A model generated the notes under the pieces. It saw only the letters and a list, made by a program, of their open reading frames with translations, was not told the DNA's origin and did no database searches. 64,000 bases of DNA from Thermoproteota archaeon. Its GTDB lineage: Archaea > Korarchaeota > Korarchaeia > B14-G2. Positions 19,302 through 31,019 of this stretch are shown here, in pieces. Where the stretch lies: contig JAVCBW010000005.1 in assembly GCA_037917675.1 (NCBI GenBank), positions 120,804 through 184,803 on the forward strand, in the 5' to 3' direction. Numbering within the stretch: position 1 is the stretch's first letter; the number at the start of each line of letters is the position of its first letter. A program made the position numbers and the translations under genes.

Positions 19302-19940
19302 ATGCGGGTGATTAAGGTAGATTATGACAAGCCAGATAGAAAAGCTATTGAGATGGCAGTTGAGGTGCTGAAGCTCGGTGGGCTTGTAGTATACCCCACA
19401 GACACAGCGTATGCGCTTGGAGCTGATGCGCTCAACACCAGAGCTGTCCTAGACGTCTATGCAGCAAAAAGGAGGCCTCTTAACAGGTACCTGACGGTAA
19501 CAGTCTCTGACACTAAGATGGCAGAAGAGTATGCGATAGTGACTGACATAGCTAGAGCTATCATGGAGAGACTCATGCCTGGGCCTATCACAGTGATTCT
19601 CCAGAAGAGGGCTAGGATACCTGATGTAGTGAACCCTAGGCACATCGGCATAAGGATCCCAGACTGTAAGATTGCAGTAGAGCTAGCTAAGAGGCTTGGG
19701 AGGCCTGTTGTAGCGACGAGCGCAAACATAACAGGTATGCCTCCACCCTACTCTGCTCTTGAAGCATATAGACAGCTCGGGAGCCTAGTACACTTAGTGC
19801 TAGATGCAGGACAGCTGCCTATCAGGAAGCCTTCGACGATAGTGGATGTAACAGGAGCTGCACCTACCTTAGTGAGAGAGGGGCCTGTCTCATTCTCAGA
19901 GATCCTTAGGGAGGTGAGGGATGCTATCGCTAGGCATTGA
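19302..19940 (+). CDS. sua5: L-threonylcarbamoyladenylate synthase (short YrdC/Sua5-like)
   Basis: PTDTAYAL, KRR, PGP, TSAN, PSTIVD; no C-terminal SUA5 domain. Confidence 0.92.
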   Translation: MRVIKVDYDKPDRKAIEMAVEVLKLGGLVVYPTDTAYALGADALNTRAVLDVYAAKRRPLNRYLTVTVSDTKMAEEYAIVTDIARAIMERLMPGPITVILQKRARIPDVVNPRHIGIRIPDCKIAVELAKRLGRPVVATSANITGMPPPYSALEAYRQLGSLVHLVLDAGQLPIRKPSTIVDVTGAAPTLVREGPVSFSEILREVRDAIARH

Positions 19941-20967
19941 ATCTACTGCTCACACGTTTGGAATAGGTGTAGTGACAAGTGAGGGCAGGATACTAGTAGA
20001 TGAGAGAGCTGTCTATACGCCTCCATCAGGAGGTATAAAGCCTCAGGAGGCAAGTGAACACCACTATCATGCTGTGAGTGAGGTCATAAAAAGGGTCTTT
20101 AACACCATTAAACCAGAGGATATAGGTGTAGTGTGCTTTTCAAGAGGCCCAGGGCTACCACCCTGCCTTAGCATAGGAGCTATAGTAGCAAGAACTCTAG
20201 CACATGCACTTGGCAAAAAGCTGATAGGAGTTAACCACTGTACTGCACATGTTGAGCTAGCTAGACTGCTCTCAGGATTCCATGACCCAGTTATCGTCTA
20301 TGTGTCAGGAGGCAACACGCAGGTAATAGCGTACTCTGAGGGGAGATACAGGGTTTTCGGGGAGACTGAGGACCTTGGGCTTGGAAACGCCCAGGATAAG
20401 CTTGCCAGAGAGCTTGGAGTCCCGAACCCACCAGGCCCCTACATGGATAAGGTCGTTGGGAAGTGGATAGAGCTACCCTATACTGTGAAAGGCATGAATC
20501 TCGCCTATAGTGGGCTGGTTACAGAAGCTGTCAAGAGAGCTAAGCAGGGGGCTAGAGTAGAGGATGTGATTTATAGCTTCATGGAGGTCAGCTTCTCCAT
20601 GCTAGTTGAAGTAGCTGAGAGGGTGCTAGCGCACGTGGGTAAACAGCAGCTTACGCTCACAGGAGGAGTTGCAGCCTCACCGAAACTGAGAGAGAAGTTC
20701 AGGCTGATGTGCGAGGAGAGGGGAGTAGAGTTCTATGCAGTAGAGCCGAAGCTAGCTAGAGACAATGGAGCTATGATAGCTTGGACAGGTATACTAGCAT
20801 ACATGCAAGGTAAGTGGATGGATGAAAGCTGGATTAAGCCAAGCTGGAGAATAGATGATGATAGCTGGGAGCTTATCGATCTAACCAAGCTGGTGGAGAA
20901 GGGAGGTGACGTATGTGAAGATACTTGTAAGCGGGCTAGCAGGCACTGGAAAGACGACGCTATGTAA
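19921..20967 (+). CDS. kae1: KEOPS N6-threonylcarbamoyltransferase Kae1
   Basis: GIESTAHT, GPG, HCTAH, VSGGNT, GETED, GGVA, DNGAMIA. Confidence 0.95.
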   Translation: MLSLGIESTAHTFGIGVVTSEGRILVDERAVYTPPSGGIKPQEASEHHYHAVSEVIKRVFNTIKPEDIGVVCFSRGPGLPPCLSIGAIVARTLAHALGKKLIGVNHCTAHVELARLLSGFHDPVIVYVSGGNTQVIAYSEGRYRVFGETEDLGLGNAQDKLARELGVPNPPGPYMDKVVGKWIELPYTVKGMNLAYSGLVTEAVKRAKQGARVEDVIYSFMEVSFSMLVEVAERVLAHVGKQQLTLTGGVAASPKLREKFRLMCEERGVEFYAVEPKLARDNGAMIAWTGILAYMQGKWMDESWIKPSWRIDDDSWELIDLTKLVEKGGDVCEDTCKRASRHWKDDAM

Positions 20968-21490
20968 GAGACTCGCATCCGAGTTCAATCTAGAGTACTA
21001 CTCTGGAGGAGATGCTCTGAAGGAGGTTGCATCGAGGTTAGGGTATAACGTGTCGCAGGTAGGCTGGTGGGAGAGCGAGGAGGGGCTGGATTTCCTCGAG
21101 GAGAGGAGGAGAAAGCTTGAGTTCGACAGGAAAGTCGATGAGCAGCTGCTGAAGAAGGTCAGGGCAGCAAGAGGCATAGTAGTAGATGGATGGGCTCTCC
21201 CCTATCTGTATGATGAGAAGGATGCTGTCAGGATATTCCTTAAGGGAGAGCCTGAGGTCAGAGCGGAGAGAGTAGCTAGGAGAGATGGAATCCCTTTGAG
21301 AGAAGCTCTAAAGGCAATAATGAGAAAGGAGGAGATGACTAGAGAGATCTATAAGGAGCTCTACGGCTTCACTATAGGAAGGGATCTGGAGCCATTTAAC
21401 CTCATAGTAGACACAAGCAGACTAACAGCAGACCAGGTATTTGAGATAGTGAAAAGCTACATCAACTACTTCTTTAAGCGTGACAGTTAA
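20906..21490 (+). CDS. cmk: Cytidylate kinase, archaeal type
   Basis: SGLAGTGKTT, RAERVARRD, YKELYG. Confidence 0.85.
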   Translation: MTYVKILVSGLAGTGKTTLCKRLASEFNLEYYSGGDALKEVASRLGYNVSQVGWWESEEGLDFLEERRRKLEFDRKVDEQLLKKVRAARGIVVDGWALPYLYDEKDAVRIFLKGEPEVRAERVARRDGIPLREALKAIMRKEEMTREIYKELYGFTIGRDLEPFNLIVDTSRLTADQVFEIVKSYINYFFKRDS

Positions 21491-21521
21491 GAAGAATGCT
21501 GAGAGAGCTTAGGGGGGTAAT

Positions 21522-22007
21522 ATGGTCAAGATAGAGGTCGTAGACCTCACGCCTCCAGAAGGTTGCCAGATGATAATCGGGATGTCACACTTCATCAAGA
21601 CAGTAGAAGATCTATATGAAGCCATGGTGAACTCTGTGCCTGGAATAAAGTTTGGGATAGCATTCTGCGAGTCGAGTGGACCAGCTCTAGTAAGGTATGA
21701 TGGAAGCGACAAGGAGCTCACAGAAAAGGCTGTAGAGTATGCCCTAAAGCTGTCAGCAGGGCACAGCTTCGTCATCCTATTCAAGAATGCATATCCAATC
21801 AATGTTCTAAGCAGGCTGAGGGTCGTAGATGAGCTAGTTAACCTCTTCTGTGCCACAGCAAACCCTGTTCAGGTGATAGTAGCAGAGACAGAGCAGGGTA
21901 GAGGTATACTTGGAGTAATAGATGGCATAAAGACGAAGGGTGTCGAAACAGATAGAGACAAGGAGGAGAGGCACAGGTTCCTAAGGGAAATAGGCTACAA
22001 GAGGTAG
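21522..22007 (+). CDS. DUF355 / adenosine-specific kinase family protein
   Basis: HFIKTVEDLYE, FCESSG, AGH, CATANP, GRGILGVIDG. Confidence 0.88.
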   Translation: MVKIEVVDLTPPEGCQMIIGMSHFIKTVEDLYEAMVNSVPGIKFGIAFCESSGPALVRYDGSDKELTEKAVEYALKLSAGHSFVILFKNAYPINVLSRLRVVDELVNLFCATANPVQVIVAETEQGRGILGVIDGIKTKGVETDRDKEERHRFLREIGYKR

Positions 22008-22014
22008 AAGGAGG

Positions 22015-22488
22015 ATGGGAAAGAGGGTTTTAGTAGGAGGGTGCTTCGACATAATACATCCTGCACACATTAAGATGCTCAGTAAGGCAAGAGAGATCGC
22101 AGGGGAGGGGGGAGAGCTCATAGTAGTTGTTGCTAGAGACAGAAACGTGAGGCGTCTGAAGGGTAGAGAGCCCATAGTCCCAGAGGAGTCTAGGAGATTC
22201 ATAGTGGAGAGCCTCAAGCCTGTCGATAAAGCCGTGCTTGGCAGTGAGGGAGAAGACCTTCTTGAGATCGTATGTGAAATAAAGCCTGATGTCGTGGCAC
22301 TTGGGTATGACCAGCCATTTGATGAGGAAGCCTTAAAGCAGACACTTCACGCGAGAGGGCTTAGAGTAGAGGTAGTTAGGCTACCGAAGTATAATGCAAC
22401 CCCAGACAGCACCTCAGAGATACTGAGTAGGGTGAGGAGGCTGCTTGAAAGCAGTCAAGACTCTCATAGGAGTATGGAGGCTGACTAG
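22015..22488 (+). CDS. ribL: Cytidylyltransferase-family nucleotidyltransferase (archaeal FAD synthase-like)
   Basis: GGCFDIIHPAH, VVVARD, LGYDQ. Confidence 0.75.
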   Translation: MGKRVLVGGCFDIIHPAHIKMLSKAREIAGEGGELIVVVARDRNVRRLKGREPIVPEESRRFIVESLKPVDKAVLGSEGEDLLEIVCEIKPDVVALGYDQPFDEEALKQTLHARGLRVEVVRLPKYNATPDSTSEILSRVRRLLESSQDSHRSMEAD

Positions 22489-23326
22489 ATTCGAGCATGC
22501 GCTCATAGCTGGCCTAGCTGTAGTCGCAAGCTACACTATAGTCTGTAAGCTCACATACATCAGGGTCAGCACACCAGATGCAGCTATTGGTTTCCTAGTT
22601 GGTGTACTAATCACGGCAGCAAGCTTCTCGATAAACGACTACTTTGACATCGAAGTTGACAGAGCTAACATGAGGCTTGATAGGCCTCTCGTGTCAGGTG
22701 AGATAAGCCCGTCATCAGCCCTGTATGGAGCTATAGCAGCATATGCTGGAGGAGTAGGCATAGCAGCGCTGATCTCAGTGAAGGCATTCATGTCAGCACT
22801 TGTGTTTGCAGTCTGTATTGGAGCACTCTATAGCTGGAGGCTTAAAGGGCTACACTGGAGCATCAAGAATATGGTAGTGGGGCTAAGCTACATGATCCCG
22901 TGCATATATGGCTGCTTCATGGTAGAGGAGGTCAGTGGCATCCTGTGGGCTAACATGATGGTGCTGGGTGGGACAGCATTCCTCTATGGTTTTGGCAGGG
23001 AAGTCATGAAAGACATAATAGACCTAGAGGGAGATAGGCTGAGGGGAATTAAGACAGCTCCCATGGTGATGGGGTCTAGAAGAGCCTCTCAAATTGCTGC
23101 AGCATTCTTCATAATGGCGGTAGCTATGAGCATGGTTCCATATCTCTCCCTGCTGAAAACCTTCTGGTATGCAGCCATCATAGCAGTAGCAGACACCATA
23201 GCCGTAGTGACAGCTATACTGGCGCTTAGGTGTAGTAGAGAGAGCCTTAAGAAAGGCAGAAATTACTCAATAATAGTTATGGGGCTAGGTATACTAGCCT
23301 ATACCATGGGAGCACTAAGCATTTAG
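22445..23326 (+). CDS. UbiA-family prenyltransferase, probable digeranylgeranylglyceryl phosphate synthase
   Basis: NDYFDIEVDRAN..DRPL, REVMKDIIDLEGD; multiple TMs. Confidence 0.85.
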   Translation: MKAVKTLIGVWRLTRFEHALIAGLAVVASYTIVCKLTYIRVSTPDAAIGFLVGVLITAASFSINDYFDIEVDRANMRLDRPLVSGEISPSSALYGAIAAYAGGVGIAALISVKAFMSALVFAVCIGALYSWRLKGLHWSIKNMVVGLSYMIPCIYGCFMVEEVSGILWANMMVLGGTAFLYGFGREVMKDIIDLEGDRLRGIKTAPMVMGSRRASQIAAAFFIMAVAMSMVPYLSLLKTFWYAAIIAVADTIAVVTAILALRCSRESLKKGRNYSIIVMGLGILAYTMGALSI

Positions 23327-23329
23327 GGC

Positions 23330-24610
23330 CTAAGATAGGTGCTGAGAGAGGAGCTGCCCTAGCTTCAGCGCGCCCTCTCTGAGAACTTCAGGAGGCTTGT
23401 AGACAAAGCACAGCCTCATTCCATTGGTCTTTGGGGAGCTTGGAGAGAGCCTTCTGCTAGATGGAGTATACTGGTACCCTGTGGGAGGATAGAATGCGTG
23501 GCTCGGCACGTAGATTATGTCGTTTTTCAAGGCCACCTCCTCGAGGAACCTCTTTGAGTCGAAGTCTTCTCTCTCTGACTCCCACCAGATGAAGAACCCT
23601 CCAGTTGGATCTGTCCTCCACCCTGCAGGGAAGCTTTCGTCTATGGCCCTTTTTAGAGCATCACATCTCCTCCTGTACTCAGCTAGGATCTCAGGCAGGT
23701 GTCTATCAATGTACTTAGTGTAGTACCTAGCTAGTATGTACTGCACTAGGCTTGGAGAGCAGAGGTCATAGTACCCCTTAGCTTTGACTATCTCTTCTCT
23801 CAGCTGGGGAGGCACAAGTATGTATCCTATTCTGAGTGGTGCAGCCTCCTTGGAGGATGACCTTATGTAGGCTACATACTTATTGTCCTTGTCATATGCC
23901 TTCAGTGGAGGAAGTCGAGATTCTGTGAACTGCATCTCCCTGTATGCAGCATCTTCTATGATAAGCATCCCCCTCTCAGCACACGTGTCGAAGATCTGCT
24001 TCCTCCTCTTCTCTGAGAGAGTGGAGCCAGTTGGGTTGTTTGAGTCAGGAATGATATATAGTATCTCAGGTTTCTTGCCAAGCTCCTTGACTGCGACATC
24101 AAAGGCTTCATCAACATACTCAGGGACTATGCCTTCCCTGTCAGATGGGACTATCACTACTCTAGCTCCAAGCTTCACTGCAGGCATCACGAACCCGAGG
24201 TAGGCTGGTGAAGATACCATTATCACGTCTCCCTTGTCTATGAGCGTGTCAAGGATTGCATAGAGAGCCTGTTGCGACCCAGATGTTATCACCAGCTCAT
24301 TTGGATCCGCTTCCACACCATCCTTCTCCCTCATCCTCTTAGCTAAGACCTCTCTGAGCACAGATATGCCCTCTGTTGGCCCATAGTTATACTGCTCAAG
24401 GGCCTCCTCATATCTCCCTTCATCCAGCATCTTAAGCTGCTCCTGTCCCATTTCAATCAGTATCTTGGCCATAGCCTTTATGGGGATCTTACCAGGCTTC
24501 CCTCCAGCAAAGTAATATTTCACATTGTACCTTAGAAGCCTCCTGATCTCAGATTCAGGGATGAGGCGAGTCCAGGCAGCAAAGTCATAGATAGAAGAAG
24601 AGCTACTCAT
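23330..24610 (-). CDS. PLP-dependent aminotransferase class I/II
   Basis: GSQQAL, NPTG, EDAAY, SSSKE; start moved to ATG 24610 to avoid overlap with rnz. Confidence 0.88.
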   Translation of the reverse strand: MSSSSSIYDFAAWTRLIPESEIRRLLRYNVKYYFAGGKPGKIPIKAMAKILIEMGQEQLKMLDEGRYEEALEQYNYGPTEGISVLREVLAKRMREKDGVEADPNELVITSGSQQALYAILDTLIDKGDVIMVSSPAYLGFVMPAVKLGARVVIVPSDREGIVPEYVDEAFDVAVKELGKKPEILYIIPDSNNPTGSTLSEKRRKQIFDTCAERGMLIIEDAAYREMQFTESRLPPLKAYDKDNKYVAYIRSSSKEAAPLRIGYILVPPQLREEIVKAKGYYDLCSPSLVQYILARYYTKYIDRHLPEILAEYRRRCDALKRAIDESFPAGWRTDPTGGFFIWWESEREDFDSKRFLEEVALKNDIIYVPSHAFYPPTGYQYTPSSRRLSPSSPKTNGMRLCFVYKPPEVLREGALKLGQLLSQHLS

Positions 24611-24675
24611 GCCAGCACCTAGCTTAAACTGCATGGGCAGCCTAATAATATAAGGTTTGCCATAAGCTGGCTTCC

Positions 24676-25626
24676 ATGTCCATGAGGGTAACAATCCTAG
24701 GGTCAGGAGGAACATACCCTACACCAGAGAGGGGGCTACCTGCCATAGCAGTCAGGATGCCAGGGAGACTCTACCTGCTAGACTGTGGGGGATGCACTCA
24801 GAGGCAGATTTTCAAAGGGAAGCTCAAGATAGGCCCTCTTACACACGTCTTCATAACCCACTTGCATGGAGACCACGTCTTCGGCATCTTTGGGCTGCTT
24901 CAGACTTTATCTCTGCTTGACAGAAAGAAGCCACTGTGTGTAGTTGGCCCTGAGGGAATAGGAAGCTTGATTGAAGAAGTCGGTAGGTGGACTCGGCTTA
25001 AGCCAAGCTATGAGCTTTCAGTCATAGAAGTCGGTAGGGAAAGGGTCTTTGAGCTTGACACACACTACATCAAGCTGTTTCCAGTAAGCCATGGCATCCC
25101 AGCATTTGGGATAGCGATAGAGGAGAAGCCTAGGCCAGGGAAGTTCGATGTAGAGAAGGCTGATAAGCTAGGAGTTCCAGTCCACCTTAGAAAGGACCTC
25201 CAGCTCGGCAAGGCCATCAAGACACCATCTGGGAAGCTAGTATATCCGGAAGATGTGCTAGGAGAAAGTAGGCCAGGGAGGAAGATCGTTTACACAGGAG
25301 ACACATCTCCCTGTGATAGAGTTGCTAGAGAAGCTAAGGGAGCAAACCTGCTAATACATGACTCAATGTATCTGGTTGGAGACGAGGAGCTCGCTGAGGA
25401 GGGGGTACATAGCAGCTATCGAGATGCATGTGAGGTAGCTGCAGCATGTGAGGTAGGCCTTTTGCTCCTAACGCATTTCAGCCCAAGATACAGGATGGAA
25501 GACGTGCTGAGGGCTGAAAAAGCTGCTAGAAGCTACTTCCCTAGGACTATAGCCTGCAGAGACTTCACTACAGTTGAGATCGACTTCTCTGGCGCCTGCC
25601 ATGTTGTCGAAGCTGGTATGCAATAG
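24676..25626 (+). CDS. rnz: Ribonuclease Z
   Basis: THLHGDH, exosite GKF..G, TGDT, HS, THFSPRY. Confidence 0.95.
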   Translation: MSMRVTILGSGGTYPTPERGLPAIAVRMPGRLYLLDCGGCTQRQIFKGKLKIGPLTHVFITHLHGDHVFGIFGLLQTLSLLDRKKPLCVVGPEGIGSLIEEVGRWTRLKPSYELSVIEVGRERVFELDTHYIKLFPVSHGIPAFGIAIEEKPRPGKFDVEKADKLGVPVHLRKDLQLGKAIKTPSGKLVYPEDVLGESRPGRKIVYTGDTSPCDRVAREAKGANLLIHDSMYLVGDEELAEEGVHSSYRDACEVAAACEVGLLLLTHFSPRYRMEDVLRAEKAARSYFPRTIACRDFTTVEIDFSGACHVVEAGMQ

Positions 25627-26014
25627 CTGGAGGGCAAAGCCAGTTGATGACTTTGAGAGCATCATCACACTCGATTACGACATCTATGACTCCGAGGGGG
25701 GTGGAGTGGGTCGGTGAGAAGTTTATCACCCCATGATATGCTGCCTGCTTGTTCAGCTCAAAGTGTATAACTCTCCCATCAGGGCTCCTCCCATCGAGCA
25801 GTAGCTTCCTTGCTGTTGCCAGTATTCTCCTCTCTCTAAAGCCTCTGTATAGCTTTTCGAGAGCAGGCTTACCGCTCCCAACTAGGATGATAGAGGACTC
25901 TGTGTGCTTCACTTCCCCGCTGGCAACATTCAATACAGCCTTCTCTACTTTACTCCTGTCTTCAGTAGAGTATATAGGAGCCCTGACTCTCACAACTATC
26001 TGAGACATCAGCAT
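25568..26014 (-). CDS. DUF54-like RNA-binding protein
   Basis: STED..KV.KAV.N, ILATAR, LNKQAA, PLG. Confidence 0.8.
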   Translation of the reverse strand: MLMSQIVVRVRAPIYSTEDRSKVEKAVLNVASGEVKHTESSIILVGSGKPALEKLYRGFRERRILATARKLLLDGRSPDGRVIHFELNKQAAYHGVINFSPTHSTPLGVIDVVIECDDALKVINWLCPPAIAYQLRQHGRRQRSRSQL

Positions 26015-26050
26015 GTTAAAGCCTGAGGGGTATATAAGATTGGGGGGATA

Positions 26051-27460
26051 TTGGACAGCATCCTGAAGCTCATATCAAGTGAGGTGACACCGAAACCAGA
26101 GGAAAGAGAGGCTTTAGAGAGGGCTGTATCAGAAATCACGAGGAAGCTGCAGGATATCAGAGACAGATATGGGTGGAGATATGAAGTAATGCATCTGGGG
26201 TCGACAGCAAGAGACACATGGCTTTCTGGGAGCAGAGACATAGACATCTTTCTAGCATTTCCCTTAGATGAAGGCGAGAGTGCAATGGAGGAGATAGGTG
26301 TTAGAGCTGGGATAGAGGTGTCAGGTGGAAGATATAAGCTGCTTTACTCAAGCCACCCATATGTCAGAGTGGAGCATAGAGGCTTTGAGATAGACATTGT
26401 ACCATGCTATAGGATAACAGATGTATCTCAGCTTAGGAGCGCAGTCGATAGGACACAGCTGCACCAGAAGTATCTGGAGGAGAAGCTGACTCCAGAGCTA
26501 TGCAGTGACATAAGGCTGATGAAAGCCTTTGCTAGGGGGGTTGGGGTATATGGAGCTGAAGCTAAGACTAGAGGCTTCTCAGGATATCTACTAGAGCTCA
26601 TAGTCCTCTACTATGGGAGCTTCCTTGAAGCGATCAAGGAGGCATCAATGTGGAAGCCTCCTATAGTAATCGACATAGAGGGGTATTATGCTCCGAGAGA
26701 AGCTAGAGAGGTCTTTGACTCCCCTATTATAGTCGTGGACCCAGTGGATAGGAGAAGGAATGCTGCTGCATCAGTGAGCAAGCAGGCACTATCAGCCTTC
26801 ATAGCAGCCTCCTCGCTCTTCCTAGCAAGGCCCAGCATTGCCTTCTTCAAGCCACCACAGAAAAAGCTACCTGACAAGGTCGAAAGCCACTTTGCAATAG
26901 TGGCTTTCAAGCTGACTAGGGCTCCACCAGATGTCCAGTGGAGCCAGCTTGAGAAGACATGTAACAAGGTCAGAGCATACCTGGAGGAGCAGGGAGCTCA
27001 GGTATTGGGGGCTAGCTTCTGGACAGATGAAGATATCAGAGGTGCTTTAGCATTTAAGTTCGCTAGCTGGCAGATACCAGAAGCTAGAGTGCACTATGGG
27101 CCATTTGTCTGGCAGAAGGAAGAGAGCTTGAAGTTCATAGACAAGCATCTTAGGAGAGAGGATACGATTGAAGGCCCTTTCATACAGGACTTCAGGTGGG
27201 TTGTGGTGAAGAGAAGAGAGAGAAGTGTGCTGAGCATTTTGAGGAGCCTTGTATCTAGTATGAGCATCATGGTGTCAATTGGGGTACCTGCAAGGATAGC
27301 TGAGTGCATAGAGAGGGAGCACATGGTCTTAACTGAAAGGGATATAGCAGCCATAAGGGGCACAGAGCTAGAAGAGTTCCTGTCGGAGCTACTGGATAGA
27401 ACTCCTCAGTACGTCAAGTGGGGCCGGCGGGACTTGAACCCGCGACCTCCAGCGGTCTAG
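26051..27460 (+). CDS. cca: CCA-adding enzyme (class I)
   Basis: GSTARDTWL, DIDIF, HPYV, DIVPC, SAVDRT, GFSGYL, DPVD..RN. Confidence 0.95.
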   Translation: MDSILKLISSEVTPKPEEREALERAVSEITRKLQDIRDRYGWRYEVMHLGSTARDTWLSGSRDIDIFLAFPLDEGESAMEEIGVRAGIEVSGGRYKLLYSSHPYVRVEHRGFEIDIVPCYRITDVSQLRSAVDRTQLHQKYLEEKLTPELCSDIRLMKAFARGVGVYGAEAKTRGFSGYLLELIVLYYGSFLEAIKEASMWKPPIVIDIEGYYAPREAREVFDSPIIVVDPVDRRRNAAASVSKQALSAFIAASSLFLARPSIAFFKPPQKKLPDKVESHFAIVAFKLTRAPPDVQWSQLEKTCNKVRAYLEEQGAQVLGASFWTDEDIRGALAFKFASWQIPEARVHYGPFVWQKEESLKFIDKHLRREDTIEGPFIQDFRWVVVKRRERSVLSILRSLVSSMSIMVSIGVPARIAECIEREHMVLTERDIAAIRGTELEEFLSELLDRTPQYVKWGRRDLNPRPPAV

Positions 27461-27517
27461 CAGAGGCCCCAGGCTCACGCCTGTGTTGGCGCCCTAGCCA
27501 AGCTGGGCCACGGCCCC
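27419..27517 (-). tRNA. tRNA-Pro(GGG) with two 12-nt introns (27475-27486 at 29/30; 27455-27466 at 37/38); CCA not encoded
   Basis: Acceptor GGGGCCG/CGGCCCC-A, D arm GCCC/GGGC, T arm GCGGG-TTCAAGT-CCCGC; removing both introns gives anticodon arm CCAGC-CTGGGGC-GCTGG and a 75-nt tRNA; each intron forms a bulge-helix-bulge. Confidence 0.92.
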
Positions 27518-27634
27518 TAGCTGCTACTAGACTACAGAGTTAAAAGAGTATCTGAGGAGTAGAGTACTTGAGCAGTATGCTGTAGAGCCTCTGTCAGCAG
27601 AGGATGTAGGTTATCGCTGAAGAATGGAAGCATG

Positions 27635-29803
<2,169 letters not shown>

Positions 29804-29812
29804 TCAACCTAG

Positions 29813-30343
29813 CTACTCTATCCTTATCTCCTTCCCAGGCCTAGGCTTCTTCTCGGCTCTTGGAAGCCTCACCTCTAGGATCCCGTTTCTATATGAGGCC
29901 TTAGCTTCCTCAGGCCTCACCTTAGCTGGGAGCTCTATTGTCTTGTCAAACCCCCTCTCAGGGTGCTTAACTGATACACGTAGCTCTGTCTCTGTGCAGT
30001 TTAGGTTTATCTGGTCTTTTTCTACACCGGGAACCTCTATCGTGACTATTATCTCATCGTCAGCCTCTACCACATCTACTAGCGGCTCTCTCTCAGGGAC
30101 TATGATTGGGCGGCCTCGCATCCTCCTTATGTTCCCAAACTCGTGTATGATAGGCTTCCCATCAGGGCCTATTCTCATGCTGAACCCATAGACATAGGGG
30201 CCTTCCACCCTGATTCCCTCTGTCTCTCTTTCAAAGGCTCTTTCAAAGCTTCTCTCCATCAGCTCATCAAAGAGCTCGTCTATCCTCTCGAAGAACTCGA
30301 AGATATCTGACCAAGGCCTCCTACGTCTTCTCTCTGACATCAA
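29813..30343 (-). CDS. hsp20: Small heat shock protein (archaeal Hsp20)
   Basis: GPYVYGFS..IGPDGKP...EFGN, EPLVDV, alpha-crystallin A.YRNGILEV; directly upstream of cdc48. Confidence 0.93.
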   Translation of the reverse strand: MMSERRRRRPWSDIFEFFERIDELFDELMERSFERAFERETEGIRVEGPYVYGFSMRIGPDGKPIIHEFGNIRRMRGRPIIVPEREPLVDVVEADDEIIVTIEVPGVEKDQINLNCTETELRVSVKHPERGFDKTIELPAKVRPEEAKASYRNGILEVRLPRAEKKPRPGKEIRIE

Positions 30344-30642
30344 GACACCATTATATACCTGCTCTCTAGTATTGAAAAGTCTTATTCCAGTGGGTTCCTA
30401 TGCTACCTCACCTGAACTCCACAGGAGACCCTCCAGGCGCATGGTAGGTAGCTCCTTTGCATCCTCTGGCAGCCTACTGGAGTGGATTTTCTCTTAGAGA
30501 GCTCCTAGAGGAGCCATATGAGAGCTGTGACATGAGGCTGATGAAGCGTTGAAGCTACTGCCTGCTGAGAGGTGGCGTACTATCTAGGTTTAGCTAGAAA
30601 CTGTTTTTAACTCAGTGGTAGCATAGTGCATTAGGCGGGATA

Positions 30643-30807
30643 GTGCGAGTGAAAAGTAGAGACATCATACTATGCCCCTCATGTGGATACTCTTTTAGCG
30701 TCACATATAGCCGGATGGTTGCATGTAGAGGGTGTCCAACCTTATCCTCTCAGCTATCCTGTTCCTATGTGAAGTGCCCTAAGTGTGGACATGAGTTTGT
30801 GAGGTGA
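30643..30807 (+). CDS. Small Cys-rich zinc-finger protein (54 aa; not in ORF track)
   Basis: MRVKSRDIILCPSCGYSFSVTYSRMVACRGCPTLSSQLSCSYVKCPKCGHEFVR; TTTTTAA upstream; ends 5 nt before the next gene. Confidence 0.75.
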   Translation: MRVKSRDIILCPSCGYSFSVTYSRMVACRGCPTLSSQLSCSYVKCPKCGHEFVR

Positions 30808-30812
30808 TGTAG

Positions 30813-31019
30813 ATGGCAATAGCTCCCCCTCCACACAAGCTTAAGAAGAAGACGCTCCTCAGAGAAGCCCTTAGAGACCTCTCTCCAGGGCTCCAGGAAG
30901 AAGTCTTGGAGCTCATAGAGTCATCTGAGGATGCTGAGAAAGTTAGAGATAGACTTGAGGAGAAGCTTGGGCCTGAGAGAGCTAGGAAGCTGGTCAGGAG
31001 GATATGGGGCTCTGAATGA
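30813..31019 (+). CDS. Small charged helical hypothetical protein
   Basis: SD GAGGTGA; ATGA overlap with the next gene. Confidence 0.65.
   Translation: MAIAPPPHKLKKKTLLREALRDLSPGLQEEVLELIESSEDAEKVRDRLEEKLGPERARKLVRRIWGSE

Noticed and set aside
30505-30570. CTGATGA...CTGA, possible second box C/D sRNA
   Set aside because: Only one convincing C/D pair, irregular spacing and no recognisable guide target
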